A stretch of 64,000 nt of DNA from the human T2T-CHM13v2.0 reference genome, Homo sapiens. The notes beneath the pieces are model-generated. The model saw nothing but the letters and a program-made list of their open reading frames with translations. It did no database searches and was not told the DNA's origin. A program made the position numbers and the translations under genes. The stretch is from the NCBI RefSeq assembly GCF_009914755.1, contig NC_060933.1; one strand, given 5' to 3'. Positions 29,350 through 44,900 of the stretch are shown here, piece by piece (the first letter of the stretch is position 1; each line of letters starts with the position of its first letter).

Positions 29350-32300
29350 TTCCATTCCATTGTACTCGGGTTGATTCCATTCCATTGCATTCCATTCCAT
29401 TCCATTCCATTCCTTTCCATTCCGTTGCATTCCATTCCATTACATTCGGATTGATTATATTCAACTCCCTTACTCTCCATTACATTCCATTCCATTCGGG
29501 TTGTTCCATTCCATTCCATTCCATTCCACTCCATTCCATTGCACTCGGGTTGATTCCATTCCATTCCATTCCATTCCATTCCATTCCGGATGATTCCATT
29601 CCATTGCATTCCGTTCCATTACATTCCCCTCCACTCGCGTTGATTCCATTCCATTCCATTCCATTCCATTCAATTCCATTCCATTACAATTCTTTCCATT
29701 CCATTCTATTCCGTACCATTCCATTCCATTCCATACCATTCCATTCCATTCCATTCCCTTCCATTCCGTTCCATTCCGTTCCATTCCATTCCATTCCATT
29801 CTATTCGTGTTAATTCCATTCCATTCCATTCAATTCCATTCCATTCTATTCCATTCCATTACAATCGAGTTGAATCCATTGCATTTCATTCCATTCCATT
29901 CCATTCCATTCCATTCCATCCATTCCGTTCCATTCCGTTCCATTCCTTTCCATTCCATTCCATTCCATTCCGTTCCGTTCCATTCCATTCCATTCCATTC
30001 TATTCGGGTTTATTCCATTCCATTCCATTCGATTGCAATCGAGTTGATTCCATTCCATTCCATTCCGTTCCATTCCATTCCATTCCATTCCATTCCTTTC
30101 CATTCCATTACGGATGATTCCATTCCATTGCATTCCATTCCATTCCATTCCCCTGTACTCGGGTTGATTCCATTCCATTCCATTCCAATCCATGCCATTC
30201 CACTCGTGTTGATTCCATTCTTTCCATTCCATTCAAGTTGAATCCATTCCATTGCAATCCATTCCATTGTATTCCATTCGATTACACTCGGGTTGATTCC
30301 ATTCCATTGCATTCCATTCCATTCCATTCCATTCCATTCCATTCCATTCCATTCCGTTCCATTCCATTCCATTACATTCGGATTCATTCTATTCAATTCC
30401 CTTACAATCCATTACATTCCATTAAATTCGGGTAGCTTCCATTCCATTCCATTCCATTCCTCTCCATTCCATTGCTCTCGGGTTGATTCCATTCCATTGC
30501 ATTCCATTCCATTCCATTCAATTCCATTCCGTTCCATTCCATTCCATTCCATTCGGATTGATTCTATTCAACTCCCTTACTCTCCATTACATTCCATTCC
30601 ATTCGGGTTGTTCCATTCCATTCCATTCCTTTCCACTCCATTCCATTGCACTCGGGTTTATTCCATTCCATTCCATTCCATTCCATTCCATTCCATTCCG
30701 GAAGATTCCATTCCATTGCATTCCATTCCATTCCATTCCCCTGCACTCGCGTTGATTCCATTCCATTCCATTCCATTCCATTCCATTCCATTCCATTCCT
30801 TTCCTTTCCATTCCATTCCATTCCATTCCATTCCAATCCATTCCATTCCGTTCCGTTCCGTTCCATTCCATTCCATTCCATTCTATTCGGGTTAATTCCA
30901 TTCCATTCCATTCGATTGCAATTGTGTTGATTCCATTCCATTCTATTCCATTCCATTCCATTCCATTCCATTCCATTCCTTTCCATTCCATTACGGATGA
31001 TTCCATTCCATTGCATTCCATTCCATTCCATTCCCCTGTACTCGGGTTGATTCCATTCCATTCCATTCCAATCCATGCCATTCCACTCGTGTTGATTCCT
31101 TTCTTTCCATTCCATTCAAGTTGAATCCATTCCATTGCATTCCATTCCATTCCATTCCCCTGCAGTCGGGTTGATTCCATTCCATTCCATTCCATTCCAT
31201 TCCATTCCATTCCGTTCCGTTCCATTCCATTCCATTCTATTCGGGTTAATTCCATTCCATTCCATTCCATTCCATTCCAATCGAGTTGATTCCATTCCAT
31301 TCCATTCCATTCCATTCCACTCCATTCCAGTCCTTTCCATTCCATTCCACTCGGGTTGTTCCCAATGTATTCCTTTCCATTCCATTCCATTCCATTGCAA
31401 TCGAGTTGATTCCATTGCTTTGCATTCCATTCCATTCCATTCCATTCCGGATGATTCCATTCCATTGCATTCCATTCCATTCCATTCCCCTGCACTCGGG
31501 TTGATTCCATTCCATTCCACTCCATTCCGTTCCATTCCATTCCATTCCATTGTATTCGGGTTAATTCCATTCCATTCCATTCCATTCCATTCCATTGCAT
31601 TTCGTTCCATTCCATTCTATTCCGTATCATTCCATTCCATTCCATTCCATTCCATTCCATTCCATTCCATTGTACTCGGGTTGATTCCATTCCATTGCAT
31701 TCCATTCCATTCCATTCCATTCCTTTCCATTCCGTTGCATTCCATTCCATTACATTCGGATTGATTATATTCAACTCCCTTACTCTCCATTACATTCCAT
31801 TCCATTCGGGTTGTTCCATTCCATTCCATTCCATTCCACTCCATTCCATTGCACTCGGGTTGATTCCATTCCATTCCATTCCATTCCATTCCATTCCGGA
31901 TGATTCCATTCCATTGCATTCCGTTCCATTACATTCCCCTCCACTCGCGTTGATTCCATTCCTTTCCATTCCATTCCATTCAATTCCATTCCATTACAAT
32001 TCTTTCCATTCCATTCTATTCCGTACCATTCCATTCCATTCCATACCATTCCATTCCATTCCCTCCCATTCCGTTCCATTCCGTTCCATTCCATTCCATT
32101 CCATTCTATTCGTGTTAATTCCATTCCATTCCATTCAATTCCATTCCATTCTATTCCATTCCATTACAATCGAGTTGAATCCATTGCATTTCATTCCATT
32201 CCATTCCATTCCATTCCATTCCATTCCGGAAGATTCCATTCCATTGCATTCCATTCCATTCCATTCCCCTGCACTCGCGTTGATTCCATTCCATTCCATT

Positions 32301-35300
32301 CCATTCCATTCCATCCATTCCGTTCCATTCCTTTCCATTCCTTTCCATTCCATTCCATTCCATTCCGTTCCGTTCCATTCCATTCCATTCCATTCTATTC
32401 GGGTTAATTCCATTCCATTCCATTCGATTGCAATCGAGTTGATTCCATTCCATTCCATTCCGTTCCATTCCATTCCATTCCATTCCATTCCTTTCCATTC
32501 CATTACGGATGATTCCATTCCATTGCATTCCATTCCATTCCATTCCCCTGTACTCGGGTTGATTCCATTCCATTCCATTCCAATCCATGCCATTCCACTC
32601 GTGTTGATTCCATTCTTTCCATTCCATTCAAGTTGAATCCATTCCATTGCATTCCATTCCATTGTATTCCATTCGATTGCACTCGGGTTGATTCCATTCC
32701 ATTGCATTCCATTCCATTCCATTCCATTCCATTCCATTCCATTCCATTCCGTTCCATTCCATTCCATTACATTCGGATTGATTCTATTCAATTCCCTTAC
32801 ACTCCATTACATTCCATTAAATTCGGGTAGCTTCCATTCCATTCCATTCCATTCCTCTCCATTCCATTGCTCTCGGGTTGATTTCATTCCATTGCATTCC
32901 ATTCCATTCCATTCAATTCCATTCCGTTCCATTCCATTCCATTCCATTCGGATTGATTCTATTCAACTCCCTTACTCTCCATTACGTTCCATTCCATTCG
33001 GGTTGTTCAATTCCATTCCATTCCTTTCCACTCCATTCCATTGCACTCGGGTTTATTCCATTCCATTCCATTCCATTCCATTCCATTCCATTCCGGAAGA
33101 TTCCATTCCATTGCATTCCATTCCATTCCATTCCCCTGCACTCGCGTTGATTCCATTCCATTCCATTCCATTCCATTCCATTCCATTCCATTCCATTCCA
33201 TTCCTTTCCTTTCCATTCCATTCCATTCCATTCCATTCCAATCCATTCCATTCCGTTCCGTTCCGTTCCATTCCATTCCATTCCATTCTATTCGGGTTAA
33301 TTCCATTCCATTCCATTCGATTGCAATCGAGTTGATTCCATTCCATTCTATTCCATTCCATTCCATTCCATTCCATTCCTTTCCATTCCATTACGGATGA
33401 TTCCATTCCATTGCATTCCATTCCATTCCATTCCCCTGTACTCGGGTTGATTCCATTCCATTCCATTCCAATCCATGCCATTCCACTCGTGTTGATTCCA
33501 TTCTTTCCATTCCATTCAAGTTGAATCCATTCCATTGCATTCTATTCCATTCCATTCCCCTGCAGTCGGGTTGATTCCATTCCATTCCATTCCATTCCAT
33601 TCCATTCCATTCCATTCCGTTCCGTTCCATTCCATTCCATTCTATTCGGGTTAATTCCATTCCATTCCATTCCAATCGAGTTGATTCCATTCCATTCCAT
33701 TCCATTACATTCCATTCCATTCCATTCCACTCCATTCCAGTCCTTTCCATTCCATTCCACTCGGGTTGTTCCCAATGTATTCCTTTCCATTCCATTCCAT
33801 TCCATTGCAATCGAGTTGATTCCATTGCTTTTCATTCCATTCCATTCCATTCCATTCCGGATGATTCCATTCCATTGCATTCCATTCCATTCCATTCCCC
33901 TGCACTCGGGTTGATTCCATTCCATTCCACTCCATTCCGTTCCATTCCATTCCATTCCATTGTATTCGGGTTAATTCCATTCCATTCCATTCCATTCCAT
34001 TCCATTGCATTTCGTTCCATTCCATTCTATTCCGTATCATTCCATTCCATTCCATTCCATTCCATTCCATTCCATTCCATTGTACTCGGGTTGATTCCAT
34101 TCCATTGCATTCCATTCCATTCCATTCCATTCCTTTCCATTCTGTTGCATTCCATTCCATTACATTCGGATTGATTATATTCAACTCCCTTACTCTCCAT
34201 TACATTCCATTCCATTCGGGTTGTTCCATTCCATTCCATTCCATTCCACTCCATTCCATTGCACTCGGGTTGATTCCATTCCATTCCATTCCATTCCATT
34301 CCATTCCGGATGATTCCATTCCATTGCATTCCATTCCATTACATTCCCCTCCACTCGCGTTGATTCCATTCCTTTCCATTCCATTCCATTCAATTCCATT
34401 CCATTACAATTCTTTCCATTCCATTCTATTCCGTACCATTCCATTCCATTCCATACCATTCCATTCCATTCCCTTCCATTCCGTTCCATTCCGTTCCATT
34501 CCATTCCATTCCATTCTATTCGTGTTAATTCCATTCCATTCCATTCAATTCCATTCCATTCTATTCCATTCCATTACAATCGAGTTGAATCCATTGCATT
34601 TCATTCCATTCCATTCCATTCCATTCCATTCCATTCCGGAAGATTCCATTCCATTGCATTCCATTCCATTCCATTCCCCTGCACTCGCGTTGATTCCATT
34701 CCATTCCATTCCATTCCATTCCATCCATTCCGTTCCATTCCGTTCCATTCCTTTCCATTCCATTCCATTCCATTCCGTTCCGTTCCATTCCATTCCATTC
34801 CATTCTATTCGGGTTAATTCCATTCCATTCAATTCGATTGCAATCGAGTTGATTCCATTCCATTCCATTCCGTTCCATTCCATTCCATTCCATTCCATTC
34901 CATTCCTTTCCATTCCATTACGGATGATTCCATTCCATTGCATTCCATTCCATTCCATTCCCCTGTACTCGGGTTGATTCCATTCCATTCCATTCCAATC
35001 CATGCCATTCCACTCGTGTTGATTCCATTCTTTCCATTCCATTCAAGTTGAATCCATTCCATTGCATTCCATTCCATTGTATTCCATTCGATTGCACTCG
35101 GGTTGATTCCATTCCATTGCATTCCATTCCATTCCATTCCATTCCATTCCATTCCATTCCGTTCCATTCCATTCCATTACATTCGGATTGATTCTATTCA
35201 ATTCCCTTACACTCCATTACATTCCATTAAATTCGGGTAGCTTCCATTCCATTCCATTCCATTCCTCTCCATTCCATTGCTCTCGGGTTGATTCCATTCC

Positions 35301-36500
35301 ATTGCATTCCATTCCATTCCATTCAATTCCATTCCGTTCCATTCCATTCCATTCCATTCGGATTGATTCTATTCAACTCCCTTACTCTCCATTACGTTCC
35401 ATTCCATTCGGGTTGTTCCATTCCATTCCATTCCTTTCCACTCCATTCCATTGCACTCGGGTTTATTCCATTCCATTCCATTCCATTCCATTCCATTTCA
35501 TTCCGGAAGATTCCATTCCATTGCATTCCATTCCATTCCATTCCCCTGCACTCGCGTTGATTCCATTCCATTCCATTCCATTCCATTCCATTCCATTCCA
35601 TTCCTTTCCTTTCCATTCCATTCCATTCCATTCCATTCCAATCCATTCCATTCCGTTCCGTTCCGTTCCATTCCTTTCCATTCCATTCTATTCGGGTTAA
35701 TTCCATTCCATTCCATTCGATTGCAATCGAGTTGATTCCATTCCATTCTATTCCATTCCATTCCATTCCATTCCATTCCTTTCCATTCCATTACGGATGA
35801 TTCCATTCCATTGCATTCCATTCCATTCCATTCCCCTGTACTCGGGTTGATTCCATTCCATTCCATTCCAATCCATGCCATTCCACTCGTGTTGATTCCA
35901 TTCTTTCCATTCCATTCAAGTTGAATCCATTCCATTGCATTCCATTCCATTCCATTCCCCTGCAGTCGGGTTGATTCCATTCCATTCCATTCCATTCCAT
36001 TCCATTCCATTCCATTCCGTTCCGTTCCATTCCATTCCATTCTATTCGGGTTAATTCCATTCCATTCCATTCCAATCGAGTTGATTCCATTCCATTCCAT
36101 TCCATTCCATTCCATTCCATTCCATTCCACTCCATTCCAGTCCTTTCCATTCCATTCCACTCGGGTTGTTCCCAATGTATTCCTTTCCATTCCATTCCAT
36201 TCCATTGCAATCGAGTTGATTCCATTGCTTTGCATTCCATTCCATTCCATTCCATTCCGAATGATTCCATTCCATTGCATTCCATTCCATTCCATTCCCC
36301 TGCACTCGGGTTGATTCCATTCCATTCCACTCCATTCCGTTCCATTACATTCCATTCCATTGTATTCGGGTTAATTCCATTCCATTCCATTCCATTCCAT
36401 TCCATTCCATTGCATTTCGTTCCATTCCATTCTATTCGGTATCATTCCATTCCATTCCATTCCATTCCATTCCATTCCATTCCATTCCATTCCATTCCAT
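29350..36500 (+). repeat. Three tandem copies of a ~2.4 kb higher-order unit
   Basis: Private markers recur at ~2.4 kb spacing: TTGATTATATTC at 29451/31761/34171; ATTAAATTCGGGTAGCTTCC at 30421/32816/35226; CCCAATGTAT at 31361/33771/36171; CCATCCATTCCGTT at ~29916/32311/34721. Confidence 0.93.
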
Positions 36501-36559
36501 TGTACTCGGGTTGATTCAATTCCATTGCATTCCATTCCATTCCATTCCATTCCATTCCA

Positions 36560-38935
36560 TTCCATTCCGTTGCATTCCATTCCATTACATTCGGATTTAT
36601 TCTATTCAACTCCCTTACTCTCCATTACATTCCATTCCATTCGGGTTGTTCCATTCCATTCCATTCCATTCCACTCCATTCCATTGCACTCGTGTTGATT
36701 CCTTTCCATTCCATTCCATTCCATTCCATTCCATTCCGGATGATTCCATTCCATTGCATTCCGTTCCATTACATTCCCCTGCACTCGCGTTGATTCCATT
36801 CCATTCCATTCCATTCCATTCAATTCCATTCCATTACAATTCGTTCCATTCCATTCTATTCCGTACCATTCCATTCCATTCCATACCATTCCATTCCATT
36901 CCATTCCATTCCATTCCGTTCCATTCCGTTCCATTCCATTCCATTCCATTATATTCGGATTAATTCCATTCCATTCCATTCCATTCCATTCTATTCCATT
37001 CCATTGCAATCGAGTTGAATCCATTGCATTTCATTCCATTCCATTCCATTCCATTCCATTCCGGAAGATTCCATTCCATTGCATTCCATTCCATTCCATT
37101 CCCCTGCACTCGCATTGATTCCATTCCATTCCATTCCATTCCATTCCGTTCCTTTCCATTCCATTCCATTCCTTTCCATTCCATTCCATTCCGTTCCGTC
37201 CCATTCCATTCCATTCCATTCTATTCGGGTTAATTCCATTCCATTCCATACGATTGCAATCGAGTTGATTCCATTCCATTCCATTCCATTCCATTCCATT
37301 CCTTTCCTTTCCATTCCATTACGGATGATTCCATTCCATTGCATTCCATTCCATTCCATTCCCCTGTACTCGGGTTGATTCCATTCCATTCCATTCCAAT
37401 CCATGCCATTCCACTCGTGTTGATTCCATTCTTTCCATTGCATTCAAGTTGAATCCATTCCATTGCATTCCATTCCATTCTATTCCATTCGATTGCACTC
37501 GGGTTGATTCCATTCCATTGCATTCCATTCCATTCCATTCCATTCCATTCCGTTCCATTCCATTCCATTACATTCGGATTGATTCTATTCAATTCCCTTA
37601 CACTCCATCACATTACATTCCATTCGGGTAGTTTCCATTCCATTCCATTCCATTCCTCTCCATTCCATTGCACTCGGGTTGATTCCATTCCATTGCATTC
37701 CATTCCATTCCATTCAGTTCCATTCCGTTCCATTCCATTCCATTACATTCGGATTGATTCTATTCAACACCCTTACTCTCCATTACATTCCATTCCATTC
37801 GGGTTGTTCCATTCCATTCCATTCCATTCCACTCCATTCCATTGCACTCGGGTTGATTCCATTCCATTCCATTCCATTCCATTCCATTCCATTCCATTCC
37901 ATTCCATTACAGTCGAGTTGATTCCATTCCATTCCATTCTATTCCAGTCCTTTCCATTCCATTCCACTCGGGTTGATTCCATTCTATTAGTTTCCATTCC
38001 ATTCCATTCCCTTCCATTCCACTCTTGTTGATTCCATTCCTTTCCATTCCACTCGAATACATTCCCTCCTATTCCACTCGGAACGATTCCATTCCATTCC
38101 ATTCCATTCCATTGCATTCCATTCCATTCCATTCCATTCCATTCCATTCCGTTGCATTCCATTCCATTACATTCGGATTGATTCTATTCAACTCCCTTAC
38201 TCTCCATTACATTCCATTCCATTCGGGTTGTTCCATTCCATTCCATTCCATTCCACTCCATTCCATTGCACTCGTGTTGATTCCTTTCCATTCCATTCCA
38301 TTCCATTCCATTCCATTCCGGATGTTTCCATTCCATTGCATTCCGTTCCATTACATTCCCCTGCACTCGCGTTGATTCCATTCCATTCCATTCCATTCCA
38401 TTCAATTCCATTCCATTACAATTCGTTCCATTCCATTCTATTCCGTACCATTCCATTCCATTCCATACCATTCCATTCCATTCCATTCCATTCCATACCA
38501 TTCCGTTCCATTCCGTTCCATTCCATTCCATTCCATTCTATTCGGATTAATTCCATTCCATTCCATTCCATTCCATTCTATTCCATTCCATTGCAATCGA
38601 GTTGAATCCATTGCATTTCATTCCATTCCATTCCATTCCATTCCATTCCGGAAGATTCCATTCCATTGCATTCCATTCCATTCCATTCCCCTGCACTCGC
38701 ATTGATTCCATTCCATTCCATTCCATTCCATTCCGTTCCGTTCCATTCCATTCCATTCCTTTCCATTCCATTCCATTCCGTTCCGTCCCATTCCATTCCA
38801 TTCCATTCTTTTCGGGTTAATTCCATTCCATTCCATACGATTGCAATCGAGTTGATTCCATTCCATTCCATTCCATTCCATTCCATTCCTTTCCTTTCCA
38901 TTCCATTACGGATGATTCCATTCCATTGCATTCCA
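36560..38935 (+). repeat. Direct duplication of ~0.8 kb at ~1.585 kb offset (~36560-37350 vs ~38140-38935)
   Basis: ORF pairs are 36615/38197, 36960/38547 and 37015/38602. Shared private variants include CGTGTTGATTCCTTTCC, ACTCGCATTG, CCGTCCC and CCATACGATTGC. Confidence 0.88.
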
Positions 38936-41900
38936 TTCCATTCCATTCCATTCCATTCCATTCCATTCCATTCCGGATGATTCCATTCCATTGCATTCCG
39001 TTCCATTACATTCCCCTGCACTCGGGTTGATTCCATTCAATTCCATTCCATTCCATTCCATTCGATTCCATTCCATTCCCCTGCACTCGCGTTGATTCCA
39101 TTCCATTCCATTCCATTCCATTCCTTTCCATTCCATTCCTTTCCGTTCCATTCCATTCCATTCCATTCCATTCCATTCCATTCCGTTCCGTTCCGTTCCA
39201 TTCCATTCCATTCCATTCTATTTGGGTTAATTCCAATCCATTCCATTCGATTGTAATCGAGTTGATTCCATTCCATTCCATTCCATTCCATTCCATTCCT
39301 TTCCATTCCATTACGGATGATTCCATTCCATTGCATTCCATTCCATTCCATTCCCCTGTACTCGGGTTGATTCCATTCCATTCCATTCCAATCCATTCCA
39401 TTTCACTCGTGTTGATTCCATTCTTTCCATTCCATTCAAATTGAATCCATTCCATTGCATTCCATTCCATTCGATTCCATTCCATTGCACTCGGGTTGAT
39501 TCCATTCCATTGCATTCCATTCCATTCCATTCCATTCCTTTCCACTCCGTTCCATTGCATTCCATTACATTCGGATTGATTTTATTCAATTCCCTTACAC
39601 TCCATTCCATTCCATTCCATTCGGGTAGTTTCCATTCCATTCCATTCCATTCCTCTCCATTCCATTACACTCGGGTTGATTCCATTCCATTCCATTCCAT
39701 TCCATTCCATTCCATTCCATTCCATTCCATTGTACTCGGGTTGATTCCATTCCATTCCATTCCATTCCATTCCATTCCATTCCATTCCGTTCCATTCCAT
39801 TCCATTCCCTTCGGATTGATTCTTTTCAACTCCCTTACTCTCCATTACTTTCCATTCCATGTGGGTTGTTCCATTCCATTCCATTCCATTCCACTCCATT
39901 CCATTGCACTCGGGTTGATTCCATTCCATTCCATTCCATTCCATTCCGGATGATTCCATTCCCTTGCATTCCGTTCCATTACATTCCCCTGGACACGGGT
40001 TGATTCCATTCCATTCCATTCCATTCCATTCCATTCCATTCCATTCCACTCCATTCCATTCCCCTGCACTCGCGTTGATTCCATTCCATTCCATTCCATT
40101 CCATTCCATTACTTTCCGTTCCGTTCCATTCCATTCCATTCCATTCCGTTCCGTTCCGTTCCATTCCATTCCATTCCATTCTATTCGGGTTAATTCCATT
40201 CCATTCCATTCGATTGCAATCGAGTTGATTCCATTCCATTCCATTCCATTCCATTCCATTCCTTTCCATTCCATTACGGATTATTCCATTCCATTGCATT
40301 CCATTCCATTCCATTCCCCTGTACTCGGGTTGAATCCATTCCATTCCATTCCAATCCATGCCATTCCACTCGTGTTGATTCCATTCTTTCCATTCCATTC
40401 AAGTTGAATCCATTCCATTGCATTCCATTCCATTCGATTCCATTCGATTGAACTCGGGTTGATTCCATTCCATTGCATTCCATTCCATTGCATTCCATTC
40501 CATTCCATTCCATTTCATTCCGTTCCATTCCATTACATTGGGATTGTTTCTATTCAACTCCCTTACTCTCCATTACATTCCATTCCATTCGGGTTGTTCC
40601 ATTCCATTCCATTCCATTCCACTCCATTCCATTGCACTCGGGTTGATTCCATTCCATTCCATTCCATTCCATTCCATTCCGGATGTTTCCATTCCATTGC
40701 ATTCCGTTCCATTACATTGCCATGCACTCGCGTTGATTCCATTCCATTCCATTCCATTCCATTCCATTCCATTCAATTCCATTCCATTACAATTCCTTCC
40801 ATTCCATTCTATTCCGTACCATTCCATTCCATTCCATACCATTCCATTCCATTCCTTTCCATTCCATTCCGTTCCATTCTGTTCCATTCCATTCCATTCC
40901 ATTCCATTCTATTCGGGTTAATTCCATTCCATTCCATTCCATTCCATTCTATTCCATTCCATTTCAATCGAGTTGAATCCATTGCATTTCATTCCATTCC
41001 ATTCCATTCCATTCCATTCCATTCCATTGCATTCCATTTCATTCCATTCCATTCCATTCCATTCCATTCCATTCCATTCCTTTCCGTTCCATTCCATTCC
41101 ATTCCATTCCATTCCATTCCATTCCATTCCGTTCCGTTCCGCTCCGTTCCATTCCATTCCATTCCATTCTATTCGGGTTATTTCCATTCCATTCCATTCG
41201 ATTGCAATCGAGTTGATGCCATTCCATTCCATTCCATTCCGTTCCATTCCATTCCATTCCATTCCTTTCCATTCCATTACGGATGGTTCCATTCCATTGC
41301 ATTCCATTCCATTCCATTCCCCTGTACTCGGGTTGATTCCATTCCATTCCATTCCAATCCATGCCATTCCAATCGTGTTGATTCCATTCTTTCCATTCCA
41401 TTCAAGTTGAATCCATTACATTGCATTCCATTCCATTCCATTCCCCTGCAGTCGGGTTGATTCCATTCTATTCCATTCCATTCTATTCCATTCCATTCCG
41501 TTCCGTTCCTTTCCGTTCCATTCCATTCCATTCTATTCGGGTTAATTCCATTCCATTCCATTCCATTCCATTCCATTCCAATCGAGTTGATTCCCTTCCA
41601 TTCCATTCCATTCCATTCCACTCCATTCCAGTCCTTTCCATTCCATTCCACTCGGGTTTATTCCATTCTATTCCTTTCCATTCCATTACATTCCATTGCA
41701 ATCGAGTTGATTCCATTGCTTTGCATTCCATTCCATTCCATTCCATTCCGGATGATTCCATTCCATTGCATTCCATTCCATTCCATTCCCCTGCACTCGG
41801 GTTGACTCCATTCCATTCCACTCCATTCCGTTCCATTCCATTCCATTCCATTGTATTCGGGTTAATTCCATTCCATTCCATTCCATTCCATTCCATTCCA

Positions 41901-44900
41901 TTCCAATCCATTACAATCGAGTTGATTCCTTTCCATTCCATTCCATTCCATTCCATTCCATTCCATTCCTTTCCATTACATTACGGATTATTCCATTCCA
42001 TTGCATTCCATTCCATTCCATTCCCCTGTACTCGGGTTGATTTCAATCCATTCCGTTCCATTCCATGCCATTCCACTCGTGTTGATTCCATTCTTTCCAT
42101 TCCATTCAAGTTGAATCCATTCCATTGCATTCCATTCCATTCGATTCCATTCGATTGCACTCGGGTTGATTCCTTTCCATTGCATTCCATTCCGTTCCGT
42201 TCCATTCCATTACTTTCGGATTGATTCTATTCAATTCCCTTACACTCCATTACATTCCATTCCATTCGGGTAGTTTCCATTCCATTCCATTCCATTCCTC
42301 TCCATTCCATTGCACTCGGGTTGATTCCATTCCATTCCATTCCATTCCATTCCATTCCATTCCATTCCGGATGATTCCATTCCATTTAATTCCATTCCAT
42401 TCCATTCCCCTGCACTTGGGTTGATTCCATTCCATTCCATTCCATTCCTTTCCGTTCCATTCCATTCCATTCAATTCCATTCCATTCTATTCGTGTTAAT
42501 TCCATTCCATTCTATTCCATTCCATTCCATTAAAATCGAGTTGATTCCATTCCATTCCATTCAATTCCATTCCATTCCGGATGATTCCATTCCATTGCAT
42601 TCCATTCCATTCCATTCCCCTGCACTCGGGTTGAATCCATTCCATTCCATTCCATTACATTCCGTTCCATTCCATTCCATTCTATTCGGGTTAATTCCAT
42701 TCCATTCCATTCCACTCCATTCCAGTCCTTTCCATTCCATTCCACTCGGGTTGATTCCATTCTATTCCTTTCCATTCCATTCCATTCCATTGCAATCGAG
42801 TTGATTCCATTCGAGTTGAATCCATTCCATTCCATTCCATTCCATTCCATTACATTGCACACAGGTTCATTCCATTCCATTCCATTAAATTCCATTCCAT
42901 TCCATTTCATTCCATTCCATTCTATTCCGTAAAATTCCATTCCATCCCATTCCATTCCATTCCATTCCATTCCATGCCATTACACTCGGGTTGATTCCAT
43001 TCCTTTCCATTCCATTCTTGTTGATTCCATTCCATTCCATACCATTCCATTCCATTCCATTCCATTCCATTCCATTCCGTTCCGTTCCATTCCGTTCCAT
43101 TCCATTCCATTCTATTCGGGTTAATTCCATTCCATTCCATTCCATTCCATTCCATTCCATTCCATTCTATTCCATTCCATTGCAATCGAGTTGAATCCAT
43201 TGCATTCCATTCCATTCCATTCCATTCCAGAAGATTCCATTCCATTGCATTCCATTCCATTCCATTCCCCTGCACTCGCGTTGATTCCATTCCATTCCAT
43301 TCCATTCCATTCCATTCCGTTCCGTTCGGTTCCATTCCATTCCATTCCATTCCATTCCATTCCATTCCGTTCCGTTCCATTCCATTCCATTCCATTCTAT
43401 TCGGGTTAATTCCATTCCATTCCATTCGATTGCAATCGATTTGATTCCATTCCATTCCATTCCATTCCATTCCATTCCATTCCTTTCCATTGCATTCATT
43501 TCCATTCCATTACGGATGCTTCCATTCCATTGCATTGCATTCCATTACATTCCCCTGTACTCGGGTTGATTCCATTCCATTCCATTCCAATCCATGCCAT
43601 TCCACTCCTGTTGATTCCATTCTTTCCATTCCATTCAAGTTGAATCCATTCCATTGCATTGCATTCCATTCGATTCCATTCGAATGCACTCGACATGATT
43701 CCATTCCATTGCATTCCATTCCATTCCATTCCATTCCGTTCCATTCCATTGCATTACATTCGGATTGATTCTTTTCAACTCCCTTACTCTCCATTACATT
43801 CCATTCCATTCGGGTTGTTCCATTCCATTCCATTCCATTCCACTCCATTCCATTGCACTCGGGTTGATTCCATTCCATTCTATTCCATTCCATTCCATTC
43901 CGGATGATTCCATTCCATTGCATTCTGTTCCATTACATTCCCCTGCACTCGGGTTGATTCCATTCCATTCCATTCCAGCAAATTCGATTCCATTCCATTC
44001 CCCTGCACTCGCGTTGATTCCATTCCATTCCATACCGTTCCATTCCATTCCATTCCATTCCATTCCATTCCTTTCCGTTCCATTCCATTCCATTCCATTC
44101 CATTCCGTTCCGTTCCATTCCATTCCATTCCATTCTATTCGGGTTAATTCCATTCTATTCCATTCGATTGCAATCGAGTTGATTCCATTCCATTCCATTC
44201 CATTCCATTCCATTGCATTACATTCAATTCCTTTCCCCTGCACTCGGGTTGATTCCATTCCATTCCATTCCATTCCATTCCATTCCATTGTACTCGGGTT
44301 GAGTCCATTCCATTGCATTCCATTCCATTCCATTCCGTTCCATTCCATTCGTTTACATTCGGATTGATTCTATTCAACTCCTTTACTCTCCATTACATTC
44401 CATTCCATTCGGGTTGTTCCATTCCATTCCATTCCATTCCACTCCTTTCCATTGCACTCGGGTTGATTCCATTCCATTCCATTCCATTCCATTCCATTCC
44501 GGATGATTCCATTCCATTGCATTCCGTTCCATTACATTCCCCTGCACTCGGTTTGATTCCATTCCATTCCATTCCATTCCATTCGATTCCATTCCATTCC
44601 AATTATTTCCATTCCATTCTATTCCGTACCATTCCATTCCATTCCATACAATTGCATTCCATTCCATTCCATTCCATTCCATTCCGTTCCGTTCCGTTCC
44701 GTTCCGTTCCACTCCATTCCATTCCATTCTATTCGGGTTAATTCCATTCCATTCCATTCCATTCCATTCTATTCCATTCCATTGCAATCGAGTTGAATCC
44801 ATTGCATTCCATTCCATTCCATTCCATTGCATTCCATTCCAGAAGTTTCCATTCCATTTCAATCCATTCCATTCCATTCCCCTGCACTCGCGTTGATTCC

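Noticed and set aside
29350-36500. 2.4 kb unit lengths are exact multiples of 5, suggesting selection for phase
   Set aside because: This follows from five -1 sites per unit. Other units (3828, 1742, 10069) are not multiples of 5, so it is probably coincidence.
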